DNA of 36,640 nucleotides from Candidatus Dadabacteria bacterium. GTDB lineage: Bacteria > Desulfobacterota_D > UBA1144 > Nemesobacterales > UBA2774. How positions within the stretch are numbered: the first letter of the stretch is position 1; each line of letters starts with the position of its first letter. A program made the position numbers and the translations under genes. The stretch spans positions 1 to 36,640 of the forward strand of contig JBFWTW010000003.1 in the NCBI GenBank assembly GCA_050247635.1, given 5' to 3'. Below, piece after piece: positions 26,216-35,945 of this stretch. Under the pieces are notes generated by a model. It ran no database searches, was not told where the DNA came from, and was given only the letters and a program-made list of their open reading frames with translations.

Positions 26216-27104
26216 ACCGGTTCCCGAGCTTTTCCCTGAAGAGCCCCGCCGCGTTGGCTGCCTGGGAGAGGAACATGAGAAAGGCGAGATACGCTTTATT
26301 GCTCGCCTCCGATTTCCACGGGCGGAGCAGAAGGTCGATATAAAAACGAGGCGGCTCGATTTTTATCTTTTCGCTGGTCCTCTCCGCCCTTATCCTGTGG
26401 AAATTATTCGCACCCCTTCCGTAATTATAATGCTGGCGTATAAACCTCTTGAGCGTAAGCGGATGTGCGTGACGGACGACGGCCTCGGGCGCAAATACCG
26501 TCTTGAGACCGAAATGCACGCACCTGTCGCAAAATTCCCTGTCCTCGGCGGCGGCCAGTGGGAAGCTGGTATCGAACCCCCCGATCCTGGTAAACACTTC
26601 TTTTGAGAGCGCCATGTTGTTTGAGGTCAGGAAGCGCGCGTTCTCTTTATTGTAGTAGGCGTTTAAATAATCGATCAGCATCTGGCTGGCCGTGGAGTAG
26701 GGATTGTCCGTAAGGGTGTTCACGGTGTTGCCGGCGATGACGGAGCCGGGGTCGGCGTCGAGCCTGGACCTTAGCTTCGTAAGCCAGTCGGGAGCCGGCA
26801 TGCAGTCGTCGTCGGTGAAGGCTATGAATGCCCCGGACGCCTCGCTCACGCCCCTGTTCCTCGCGGTCGCCGGCCCGGCGTGGGACTGAATGACGAGCCT
26901 TAAATTATATTGATTCTGAAAGGGCTCGACTATGCCCTCGGGAGAAGAGGGGCTCCCGTCGTCGACCACCACGACCTCGAAATCGTCCCTCGGGTAGTCG
27001 AGGCGGCTTATTGAATGGAGGCATTCCCTGAGCTGGTCGAATCGTCTATAGGTTGGTATTACTATCGTGAAAAAAGGCTTCTGTTTCATTACAGGACCAG
27101 GCAT
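26214..27104 (-). CDS. GT2 family glycosyltransferase
   Basis: IVIPTY, VVVDDGS, GPATARNRG, FTDDD, GGFD and AAEDREF. Confidence 0.93.
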   Translation of the reverse strand: MPGPVMKQKPFFTIVIPTYRRFDQLRECLHSISRLDYPRDDFEVVVVDDGSPSSPEGIVEPFQNQYNLRLVIQSHAGPATARNRGVSEASGAFIAFTDDDCMPAPDWLTKLRSRLDADPGSVIAGNTVNTLTDNPYSTASQMLIDYLNAYYNKENARFLTSNNMALSKEVFTRIGGFDTSFPLAAAEDREFCDRCVHFGLKTVFAPEAVVRHAHPLTLKRFIRQHYNYGRGANNFHRIRAERTSEKIKIEPPRFYIDLLLRPWKSEASNKAYLAFLMFLSQAANAAGLFREKLGNR

Positions 27105-27280
27105 ATCTCATACAGGGTTTTTCGTCCCGAGGCGGCCGGAGATTCAGATGCTGCCATTCTACTCTGCTTGCTCCCGGTTTGTCCGGGCTTCTACCCCGCT
27201 TCCCCAGCCCTAATGACAGAATACGATACCCGAAGACATGGGAAAATGAGAAACATTTATGCGGCGGTTTACAAAGGGGG

Positions 27281-28804
27281 TCAGAGCTCTAAGGGCAGTC
27301 CCTTCATATCATCCGGCACTGGCTCGCCCAGAAGGCTCAAAAGGGTGGGAGCGATGTCGCGAACGCTTATGTCGCCGACCGGCCCCCGCTTTTTAATCGA
27401 CGGTCCCGAGAGTGCGAAGAACCCGTAGCATGAATGGTCGCTCCTTCTGAAGAATTCCGGCCGCTTCATGCTGATTTCCTCACCTTCGTACGTAACCCTG
27501 TCCATAAACCTTCCCGGCTTGAATTCGACGAAGAGGTCGGGGAGGGCAGGGTGGCTGCCTTCTCCGAAGAGCTCGCGGACGCGGCTTACGGAAACTACCG
27601 CCGGCTCGCCGGTTTCGGCGTCCCGGAGCTTCGTGAGCGCCGCCTCTATCTCGTCGAGGAGGGAGGTGTATTCCGCCCCCGGCGAGACTATGCCCTCGGG
27701 CTCGCGGCCTTTTAGATTAACCCTTATGAATCCGGTGTAGGAGACCGGTATTGAAAACGCCCGGGTGCGTTTCCAGTCGGTGCCGCTCGTAAAACCGTCC
27801 GAAAGGAGCTGCTCCCTCTTCTCACGTGAAAGGCCCCTTGTGAGCGCTACCCTTACGCTTTCGGGGAGGAGCCGCCTCGCGATGTCTATCGGGCGGAACG
27901 ACATGCCGCCGGCCTCGGGCGCGGCCTGCCATCCGAGGAGCCTGCAAAGGGCTTCGGAGAGAGCGGCGTTCGGGAAATCGTCTTCCATTCCGACGGAAGA
28001 CACTATGCATATGTTGGCGTCTTTTCTGGTTTCGATGATGCGCCCGATTTCCCTGTCTATAGCTTTGTATACGCTCAGGATGGCGTCGGTGAGCTCGCCG
28101 TCGGAAGCGCCTTTCTCTCTATTTTGCCTGAGATATTTCCAGAACTGGTGATTTGCCGCATGGGACTCGCCGAAGATTATGACGGAGAGGCCGTATGCGT
28201 CCTTCTCCAGAAGATACCGGGACATCTCTCCCTTCTTTTCGACATGGGAGAGGAGCCTGGCGTAGATTTCGAGGTCTTCCTCGAATGTACTTACGTGGTT
28301 TTCCCTCACTACGAGCTTTTCCCCGAACCGTCGTTTTATGTCGTCGAATACGGCCGGGGGCTCGGAAGCAGTTACGAAATGATCGGGGTCCCAATTGTTA
28401 TGGGTAGCCCAGTTTGCCACCTGAACCCCGGGGATTCCGGGATAGAGCTTGGTGTCGGCCGCGTCGATCACGAGCGACTTTACGCCGGTGCCGGCGAGCC
28501 TCGACCAGAAGGGAGGCGCGTCCACCTCGAGCCCTGTTACCGATTTCAGTCCATATGTTCCGGGGACGAGCTGCCTGAAGTAGTAGTAACCGTGCTGTCC
28601 CCTCGAAAGCCCGCTGAATATCGATATCCAGACACCGTGCTCCGTGACGAGCTCGGGCCCTGCGGTCCTTCCGCTGAAGCCGCCTTTCATTATGGAGCTT
28701 ATCGCCGGGAGGTGTCCTTCATCCGCCCACTCCTGTATGAATCTATGATCTCCGGCGTCTATGCCCAGCACTATAAGGGGAGGTTGTTTCTCTCTTGAGG
28801 TCAT
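27281..28804 (-). CDS. Alkaline-phosphatase superfamily protein (type I phosphodiesterase / nucleotide pyrophosphatase-like)
   Basis: LGIDAGD, G-LP, HQFW, INLKGREPxG-like IRVNLKGREPEGIV and DIAPTLLSLLG. Confidence 0.85.
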   Translation of the reverse strand: MTSREKQPPLIVLGIDAGDHRFIQEWADEGHLPAISSIMKGGFSGRTAGPELVTEHGVWISIFSGLSRGQHGYYYFRQLVPGTYGLKSVTGLEVDAPPFWSRLAGTGVKSLVIDAADTKLYPGIPGVQVANWATHNNWDPDHFVTASEPPAVFDDIKRRFGEKLVVRENHVSTFEEDLEIYARLLSHVEKKGEMSRYLLEKDAYGLSVIIFGESHAANHQFWKYLRQNREKGASDGELTDAILSVYKAIDREIGRIIETRKDANICIVSSVGMEDDFPNAALSEALCRLLGWQAAPEAGGMSFRPIDIARRLLPESVRVALTRGLSREKREQLLSDGFTSGTDWKRTRAFSIPVSYTGFIRVNLKGREPEGIVSPGAEYTSLLDEIEAALTKLRDAETGEPAVVSVSRVRELFGEGSHPALPDLFVEFKPGRFMDRVTYEGEEISMKRPEFFRRSDHSCYGFFALSGPSIKKRGPVGDISVRDIAPTLLSLLGEPVPDDMKGLPLEL

Positions 28805-28842
28805 TTATTAAATCTGCCTTATTTTACTGGATATAACCAGGT

Positions 28843-30075
28843 TTAAGTCGAGAGTCCGCTCCGGATTCTTTTTCCCTTGCCTCTATTCTTTGCCAGGAGG
28901 ACGGAATCGTAGATCCTGAATAACTGCCGGAGGAACGCATCCTCGCCGAATCTTTCGGACGCCGCTCTCTTCGCCGCGGCCGACATGCATGCAGCGAGCC
29001 GCTTGTCGGTGAGGAGCGCCGTCAATTTTTCCGAAAGCGCTTCCGCGTCTCCGGGCGGGAGCAGGTATCCATCTGTACCGTCATCGACTATTTCGCTGAG
29101 GCCCCCCGAGCTGCTGGCAATGACGGCTGTACCCCTAGCCATGGCCTCTATCGCTACAATGCCGAACGGCTCGTCCCAGAGCGAGGGAACGACCTGCACC
29201 CATGCGCCTTCGAGTGCGTTGTTCATTTCTTTCTGACTCATGTATCCGATGAATTTGACATTGTGCGTGAGATTCAGCTTTGCGGCCAGGGTCTCGAGGT
29301 TCGCTCTCTCGGCGCCGTCCCCGGCTATAATGAGCCTGGCTTTCGGGACCTTCGCCGACACCTTGGCGAATGCTCGGAGGAGCATGTCCGCTCCCTTTTC
29401 TTTCACGAGCCGCCCTGCGAAAACCGCTGTCGGCTCTTCCGAGAGCCGGGTTTCTTCTCCCATGCTTTCTATGCCGTAACGCAGGACCTCGACCGGCTCG
29501 ATTCCCTGTTCCATAAGGCGTTTCCTCACCCATTCGCTGTTTGCCATGATGGAGCCGAATACATTGTGCCACGACTTGAAGAGCCTCAGCTGTAGCATCA
29601 GCGGAAACCAGTCGCGGGCGGGGAGGCATCCCTCTGTGTAACATGCGGAGCCGGCCTTAAAGGCGCACCTGCTTCCGTCGGGAAGCATCTTCGTCCCCGT
29701 AGGGCAGATGGGCCTGTACCAGGCGACGTGATAGACGCTCGGGATGTCCTTAAGAAGGGGCAGTATTAGCGGAGACATTTGAGTGAGGAACATTTTTACG
29801 TGGACCACGTCGGGCTTAAAATCGCGGATTATATCCTTAAGCCTGAAATATGCCCACGGGTTCGCCGTCTGGAGGAGCAGGCGGAACGACGACTTGGTCC
29901 CGGTACATTTATAGTCCGCCGTGTTATTCACGCCGGGGCTTTCTATGCCGGTTGTGAATAGCCTGGCATCGTGGCCCCTTTCCCGGAGCAGCTGGCGGAG
30001 CCTGTAAATTTGTATCTCGGCCCCTCCGTCCGGGGTGCCATAGTCGTTCACAAGCAGGATTTTCATTATCGTCAT
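28843..30075 (-). CDS. GT4 family glycosyltransferase
   Basis: GGAE, FAGRLVKEKG and PSLWDEPFGIVAIEAMARG (E-x7-E). Confidence 0.93.
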   Translation of the reverse strand: MTIMKILLVNDYGTPDGGAEIQIYRLRQLLRERGHDARLFTTGIESPGVNNTADYKCTGTKSSFRLLLQTANPWAYFRLKDIIRDFKPDVVHVKMFLTQMSPLILPLLKDIPSVYHVAWYRPICPTGTKMLPDGSRCAFKAGSACYTEGCLPARDWFPLMLQLRLFKSWHNVFGSIMANSEWVRKRLMEQGIEPVEVLRYGIESMGEETRLSEEPTAVFAGRLVKEKGADMLLRAFAKVSAKVPKARLIIAGDGAERANLETLAAKLNLTHNVKFIGYMSQKEMNNALEGAWVQVVPSLWDEPFGIVAIEAMARGTAVIASSSGGLSEIVDDGTDGYLLPPGDAEALSEKLTALLTDKRLAACMSAAAKRAASERFGEDAFLRQLFRIYDSVLLAKNRGKGKRIRSGLST

Positions 30076-30084
30076 CCGAGGAAG

Positions 30085-31080
30085 TTATGCGAGCTTTTCA
30101 ATATGCTCAATATCTTCTGCGGTTATATATTTGTACCTGTCGAATTCATATGAATTGATATATCTCTGCGCATTTCCGTTCCCTGCAATATATCCCCAGA
30201 TCTTCCCTGCCATATGTGAGATTAGCCCGGCGGTGATTATGGGGAGGGTCCGGGGGAGGAGCTCCTTTGATTTTCCGGCGCGGCGAATGCTGCCGAGGGT
30301 GCCAAGGAAATGCTTCGCAATTATCGGCGGCTCCATGACGATCCCCTTAAGCCGCTCTAACCGGGAAAGCCCTTTGTAATCGGCGAGTGCCGCAGTGTAG
30401 AGCCATCCGTTGTAAAAAAGGTCGAGGATTATCGATACTGTCTTCGATACGTTAACGTGGTGTATAACGGCTTTGTCTTCCATGTAAAGCCTGTGGCCTT
30501 TCGCCCGGAGGTCCATGTGAAGTATATTCGCCCTTACCAGTATATTCCCCAGCCTGTCCCCGTATTCCAGGAGCGCATCCCGCTTGTAAGTGCCGTTGTG
30601 CCCGTGGAGATCGCCGACTTCGCCGGAGCGTATGGGCTCGGTGTATTGTCCGTAGGTCATGTAGAGCTGTACCCAGCTGTTCCCGGTATAGGGGTTCGCG
30701 TTTTTAAAGACACTTCCCACGGCTGTCCAAGGACCTTTATGCGCCTCTATGACGGCCTCGGCCCATTCGGGCTCGGGGAAGGCGTGGTTTTCTCCGAAGG
30801 CGACTATCGGGGCCCGGGCTTTTTTGATGGCATCCGCCCAGGCGTAGTAGAGCCCGTTGTCGAGGTCTACGTCCATGATTTCGTACCCGTAAAAGCCGGC
30901 GAGATTATCTTCCATGCCGTCAGGCCATGCGCCAGACGGGCCGAGGATTATAATCTCGAGATCGGCGGCGACAGTCTGCTTTTTCAGATGCTCGGTTGCG
31001 ACCCGCATTGAGCCGCCGCCGGAGACCGTCGTGATAATGATGGTCATAAGCGGGGCGTTTTGGGTTTCCCTGTCAGACAT
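30085..31080 (-). CDS. GT2-like glycosyltransferase (divergent)
   Basis: GT-A-like N-terminus; ARAPIVAFGENHAFPEPEW and GHNGTYKRDALL; operon context. Confidence 0.72.
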   Translation of the reverse strand: MSDRETQNAPLMTIIITTVSGGGSMRVATEHLKKQTVAADLEIIILGPSGAWPDGMEDNLAGFYGYEIMDVDLDNGLYYAWADAIKKARAPIVAFGENHAFPEPEWAEAVIEAHKGPWTAVGSVFKNANPYTGNSWVQLYMTYGQYTEPIRSGEVGDLHGHNGTYKRDALLEYGDRLGNILVRANILHMDLRAKGHRLYMEDKAVIHHVNVSKTVSIILDLFYNGWLYTAALADYKGLSRLERLKGIVMEPPIIAKHFLGTLGSIRRAGKSKELLPRTLPIITAGLISHMAGKIWGYIAGNGNAQRYINSYEFDRYKYITAEDIEHIEKLA

Positions 31081-32146
31081 CCGCTTCCCCCCGCCTGGAG
31101 TCAGTGCGTTCCACGGCCGATACGGCTCTTCTGGTCCTGGCCGATTCCTCGGCCGCTTCGATTATCCTGAGCGAAGCGAGCCCGTCGGCAAGGCTGGGGC
31201 CCGGCTGGAAGCCCCCCGAGATCGCTTCGGCGAAATGACCGAGCGCAAGCTCGAACGACGGCTCGCGGCCTGTTCCCAGAAGCCTGTCTTTAAGGACGGG
31301 GCTTCCGGGGATTTGCGAGAGATAATCGGCCAGCTTTCCGAGGCTTCCCCCGCCGGGGCCGGAAGGCGTGAAGAGGACGCCGAACGAGTTATACCTATCG
31401 GCCGTCAGTTTGCCTTTGGTCCCGTAAACCTCTATTTTGTCTTCGTCCGTCGAGTTAAGCGAGAAAAAGGACTGTACATATATTCCGTTTTCCATTTTCA
31501 TTTCCATAAATGCGTTGTCGTCCTCGGATTCCCTCGATTCCATGCTCGCCTTCACCTCTGCAGCTTCGGAGCCGAACATATGCCTCGCCAGGTCCGCGTG
31601 ATGCGAGGCGAGGTCGAGCAGCACACCGCCGCCCGTCGCCCGTTTCCGCTTCCATTCGGGAAGGCCCCTCGAAGAAGAGGTGAATACCGTCCTCACGGAG
31701 TTTATATTGCCTACCTTACCGGAGTCGATTTTCTCCTTCAGCTCCTTATATATCGGGTTGAAGCGGAGATTAAGGCCGGCCATCCCGCACTTTCCGCTTT
31801 TCTTCCATGCATCTATTACCTGTGCCGCCTCCTTTGTGTTCTGTGCAAGCGGCTTTTCGAGGTATACGTGCTTTCCGTGACTGAAAGCCTCCGAAGCCGC
31901 CTCGGCGTGGAGGAAGGTCGGGAGACATATAATCACGGCGTCGATGTCCTCGCTCCTGAGTAGCTCATTATAATCTCCGTAGACCTTGGCGCCGGGCATG
32001 GCTTTGGCGGCGGCGTTCGCACAGCCACTGTCTGTGTCGGAAACGGCTGAGAGGCTTACGCCGCCCAGGTTTTTAATGCTGCTCAGGTGGACGAGCCTCG
32101 CTATACGTCCGCAGCCTATGAGCCCCAGATTTATTCGCATGGTCAT
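31073..32146 (-). CDS. Gfo/Idh/MocA family NAD(P)-dependent oxidoreductase
   Basis: GCGRIA, GKHVYLEKPLA and GGGVLLDLASHHAD. Confidence 0.93.
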   Translation of the reverse strand: MTMRINLGLIGCGRIARLVHLSSIKNLGGVSLSAVSDTDSGCANAAAKAMPGAKVYGDYNELLRSEDIDAVIICLPTFLHAEAASEAFSHGKHVYLEKPLAQNTKEAAQVIDAWKKSGKCGMAGLNLRFNPIYKELKEKIDSGKVGNINSVRTVFTSSSRGLPEWKRKRATGGGVLLDLASHHADLARHMFGSEAAEVKASMESRESEDDNAFMEMKMENGIYVQSFFSLNSTDEDKIEVYGTKGKLTADRYNSFGVLFTPSGPGGGSLGKLADYLSQIPGSPVLKDRLLGTGREPSFELALGHFAEAISGGFQPGPSLADGLASLRIIEAAEESARTRRAVSAVERTDSRRGEADV

Positions 32147-32319
32147 CAGAAGGTGGTTCTATAATAATTTATTTCCGCGCGATTGCTAATAGGTATGGGC
32201 GGATACAGGAATAATAGTCTCGGGTTTTGCCGCGGGAGGGGCATAAAAACGGCCGTGAAGACTTCGGATGTGAAAATTCGTAGCACGGGGGCAAGAGGAG
32301 ATTGCCCCTATGTACCGCG

Positions 32320-33447
32320 TCAGTTACAGTCGAGACATATATCACCGTTCAGGTCCCAGCCGGTCACGTCCGGATAGCTCGTCCAGTCCGTCCGCTCGAC
32401 GCCTTCCCATATCCACATGTCCCCCGCAAGCCGCCACGTGTTGTCGTCGACCGTGTTGTGTGTCGACTGCTCGTCAACCACTATCAGGGCGTTCATGTCC
32501 GGCAGGGTGGAGTCGAACGAGTTCCCGGAAATGACGTTGTTCTCGCTCCCCCATATGCCGAAGAATGTCCAGAAGGTGTCGTTTGTCTCGGGCCTCGAAT
32601 CGGATATGAATACGTTGTTTGTGATCGAAGCGCCCTCGACGTTGTAAAAGAGGGCCATGCCCCAGGAGTTGTCTTCGATGAGGTTGCCTTCGACAATGGT
32701 GCTGCGCATTTTTGTGCCGCAGTCCTGGCCGTTCCATTGTATGGCGCGCCCGCCGTGGCCGGTGATGGTGTTGTTGCTTATCGTTATGTCGCTTGTACCC
32801 ACGCAAGCAAAATCGCTTATATAGATCCCGTGAATGTTTTTCAGGCTGAGGTCGGGGTAGGGGTCTCCCGTATCGGGTTCGAATCCGTTCGATTCAACTA
32901 TATTGTTATCTATGAGGACGTTTGAAATCTCGCTCGTCGTCGCGGCTATGAGTATGCCCGTGAACTTGTTGTTGTGAACGTAATTGTTCCTGACGATGTT
33001 GTTGCTCTTGTAAATTTTTATGCCGTCGTAGCCGCCTTTGATTTCGAATCCCTCGACGATTATGTGTTCGGCGTTGAGCTCGACCCTTTCCGCGAATCCG
33101 GTTCCGGGAATGATAACGGGCATCTCGTCCGGGTAGTTCTTAAGGGTTATGGGGAGCTCCGCGGTCCCGCTACGGCTGAATACTATATTCTCGTTGTACG
33201 TCCCGGCGCGGACTGTAATGACGGAACCAGGAACGGCGTCCCTGACTGCCTGCTGGATTCTGGTGTAGTCGCCGTTTCCGGACTGATCGACTATCACGTC
33301 ACGGGGCTCACCCCCGCCGGAGTTGTCTGTGCCGCTGCCGCTACCGCCGCCGCAGGAAAGGACCATCAGAGTTAGAAAAAATAGAACGGGAAGACATACC
33401 CCGCGCATAGCGCATATAAAATCGGATACCAGGTTTTTTATGAACAT
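32320..33447 (-). CDS. Exported right-handed parallel beta-helix (pectin-lyase/NosD-like) lipoprotein
   Basis: Lipobox VLSC and Gly/Ser linker; GDYTRIQQAV...VRAGTYNE; Asn-ladder PbH1 repeats; start ATG 33447 follows a purine-rich RBS. Confidence 0.85.
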   Translation of the reverse strand: MFIKNLVSDFICAMRGVCLPVLFFLTLMVLSCGGGSGSGTDNSGGGEPRDVIVDQSGNGDYTRIQQAVRDAVPGSVITVRAGTYNENIVFSRSGTAELPITLKNYPDEMPVIIPGTGFAERVELNAEHIIVEGFEIKGGYDGIKIYKSNNIVRNNYVHNNKFTGILIAATTSEISNVLIDNNIVESNGFEPDTGDPYPDLSLKNIHGIYISDFACVGTSDITISNNTITGHGGRAIQWNGQDCGTKMRSTIVEGNLIEDNSWGMALFYNVEGASITNNVFISDSRPETNDTFWTFFGIWGSENNVISGNSFDSTLPDMNALIVVDEQSTHNTVDDNTWRLAGDMWIWEGVERTDWTSYPDVTGWDLNGDICLDCN

Positions 33448-33705
33448 GCTCCGCCCCTTCTCCTCCTCCCTAGTACCGATAAAGAATACACTATCCGTCT
33501 CCACGGGTTAATATCTTATCTTCAGATGATAGCGACAGAAAAATTATCACTAATGACAGTTAATTGCGACGCCGTAGAGCTGTCACCTGCCGTCGGTTCC
33601 GGATTCGGGAATTTCGTACTGCCGATTTTTCGCCGGCATTGTTGTATAATTGGGAATCTTTTTTAATTCTGGAAATAAAGACTGGAAATAAAGAAAGGAG
33701 ATAAA

Positions 33706-34956
33706 ATGAGGAAAGGTTACTTTTTGTTTATTGTATTTGCGGCGCTGATAGCGACCGGCGCGTTTCAGCTCGCGGCCTGCGACAGCACGAAAGGGCAGGG
33801 CGGTGAGCCCGTCGAGACCGGATCGAACCAGTTCACTCCTATAATCGTGTCCCTGCTTACCGAGCCGCATCCCGTGCTCGGATCGGACGGGAAGTATCAC
33901 CTCGTATACGAGCTGCAGCTTACAAATACGACCCCGCTCATTTGGCACATAAATTCCCTCGAAGCCCTGGACAGGGATAACCAGTCCCGGGTGCTGGCGT
34001 CGTTCTCGGGCGACGAGGTTGCCGGGAAGAACCGGGTGATTCCGGGGAATGCGCTGTCCGCCGAAATCGGCGGGGGCGAGACTTCGCTCTTCTTTATAAC
34101 CTTCACCGTGGATTCCGCAGGCGATATACCGTCGGCGATTACCCACCGCATTTCTATTACCGTCCCCGGCGGAATACCCGAGGGGTTCCTTACGTTCCTC
34201 AGCCTTCCGCCGGACGAGACGGAAATCGCATTCATCTATGCAGATACGCTGGTGAGCGGCCAGGAGCCGGTGGTGATAGGCCCGCCGCTCAGGGGCGGTA
34301 GATGGGTAGCTGCAGACGGATGCTGCCTCGCCCACAGGCACGTGCGCGCGGCGCTTCCTATCAACGGCAGATACAACATAGCCCAGCGCTTCGCCATAGA
34401 CTGGGAGAAGCTGAGCGACGACGACCTGATTTTCGTCGGGGATCCGAGTGACGTGCATAGTTACTTTTCGTACGGGGAAGATGTCCTGGCGGTGGCGAGC
34501 GGTCGCGTCGTCACGGCCGTGGATAAATATGAAGACCAGATACCAGGGCAGCTCCCGCCGGGGCTTCCGATTGAAGAGGCCGACGGCAATTATGTGGTTT
34601 TAGATCTCGGAGGTGGGAACTTCGGCTTCTACGCGCACATGATAAAGGGGAGTATCACGGTCAAGGAAGGGGATTTTGTTACCCGTGGACAGGTTATAGG
34701 GCATCTCGGGAATTCGGGCAACACTTCCGCGCCGCATCTTCATTTTCACGTTATAGCAGGGCCGGCCTCGCTCGGGTCGAACGGGCTGCCGTACGTTGCG
34801 GACGGGTACGAGCTGCTCGCGAGGAGCGCCTCGACCGAGGCGTTCGACAACGCGGAGATAAACGGTGTGCCGCTCGAGATGGTCCCTGTGCCGAATCCGG
34901 GCCCGCATACGAATGACCTCTATCTCGACCAGAGTATAGTGAACTTCGCCGAATAA
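33706..34956 (+). CDS. M23 family metallopeptidase-domain lipoprotein
   Basis: AAGGAG RBS; lipobox LAAC; GNYVVL, YAHM and GNSGNTSAPHLHFH. Confidence 0.9.
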   Translation: MRKGYFLFIVFAALIATGAFQLAACDSTKGQGGEPVETGSNQFTPIIVSLLTEPHPVLGSDGKYHLVYELQLTNTTPLIWHINSLEALDRDNQSRVLASFSGDEVAGKNRVIPGNALSAEIGGGETSLFFITFTVDSAGDIPSAITHRISITVPGGIPEGFLTFLSLPPDETEIAFIYADTLVSGQEPVVIGPPLRGGRWVAADGCCLAHRHVRAALPINGRYNIAQRFAIDWEKLSDDDLIFVGDPSDVHSYFSYGEDVLAVASGRVVTAVDKYEDQIPGQLPPGLPIEEADGNYVVLDLGGGNFGFYAHMIKGSITVKEGDFVTRGQVIGHLGNSGNTSAPHLHFHVIAGPASLGSNGLPYVADGYELLARSASTEAFDNAEINGVPLEMVPVPNPGPHTNDLYLDQSIVNFAE

Positions 34957-35019
34957 GAACGGGGCCGTTAGGGCGGCGGGTTCCCGAGTAAAACTCGAGT
35001 AAAACAAAGGAGAGGCAAA

Positions 35020-35526
35020 ATGAACGGGATTAAGATGCGTTGGATTTCGAAAGTAGGTATTTTGGCTTATGCCTTTTTGCTCTTGAGCGCCCAGCTATCT
35101 CATTCGGCTGAGCATGAAAATGAAGTGAAAGCGGCGGCCGGACAATTCTATGCGGCGCTGAATTCCATGTTTATAGGGAAAGTGGACCCGATGCTGGAAT
35201 TATGGTCACATGCGGATGACGTTACTTACATGGGCCCGGCCGGCGGTATGCTGATCGGATGGGAAGATGTCGGAAGCGCGTGGGAGGAGCAGGCCAAACT
35301 AAAATTGGGCGGCAAAATCGAGCCGGAAGATATGCACGTCATCGTAGGCGATAAAATCGGGATAACCGTCAATTACGAGCGGGGGACGAATTATGTAGAC
35401 GGAAAGACGGAGCAGGTCAGCATAAGGGCGACCAACGTTTTCAGGCTCGAGGACGGAAAATGGAAGATGATAGGGCATCACACGGATATTATTCCATGGC
35501 TCGAAAAGGAAGCCGGCTCCAAGTAG
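35020..35526 (+). CDS. Exported SnoaL/NTF2-like (DUF4440-type) protein
   Basis: Signal peptide; FYAALN...LWSHADDVT...RATNVFRLEDGKWKMIGHH. Confidence 0.85.
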   Translation: MNGIKMRWISKVGILAYAFLLLSAQLSHSAEHENEVKAAAGQFYAALNSMFIGKVDPMLELWSHADDVTYMGPAGGMLIGWEDVGSAWEEQAKLKLGGKIEPEDMHVIVGDKIGITVNYERGTNYVDGKTEQVSIRATNVFRLEDGKWKMIGHHTDIIPWLEKEAGSK

Positions 35527-35800
35527 CCGGGCGATAATTCAAGCCGGATTTTTTGATGCAGGAACCCGGACTCAATCCGGATCGGCTTTCGGATCTACGA
35601 AAACGTCCGCCGAGCTCAATCGATCCGAGCAGCCGCATAAGGGAATGAAAACGAAAATTAAAGAATTGCGGGAGAATAGGCTTCTTCTTTTCCGCAATGT
35701 TGCGATGTATTAATGCAGATACAATATATTATTCCCACCATAATTTTGCGCTATTCCAGGATGTTAGAGCTGAATAAATACCTTCTGAAATAACCACATA

Positions 35801-35829
35801 TTGACTTTAAATTCAGGTCCAAATAGAAT
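35801..35829 (+). promoter_or_regulatory. Sigma70-type promoter
   Basis: TTGACT, 17 bp spacer, TAGAAT. Confidence 0.7.
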
Positions 35830-35945
35830 GGCCATATCAGTGACGCGACGGGGGAGGATACAGTCGGGGACAGACGTCAGAAGCAAGGATGCGACGTCGC
35901 TTTACCGCAGGGCAAGAAAAAAGCCCCAATTCGGAGGAAACGAGC

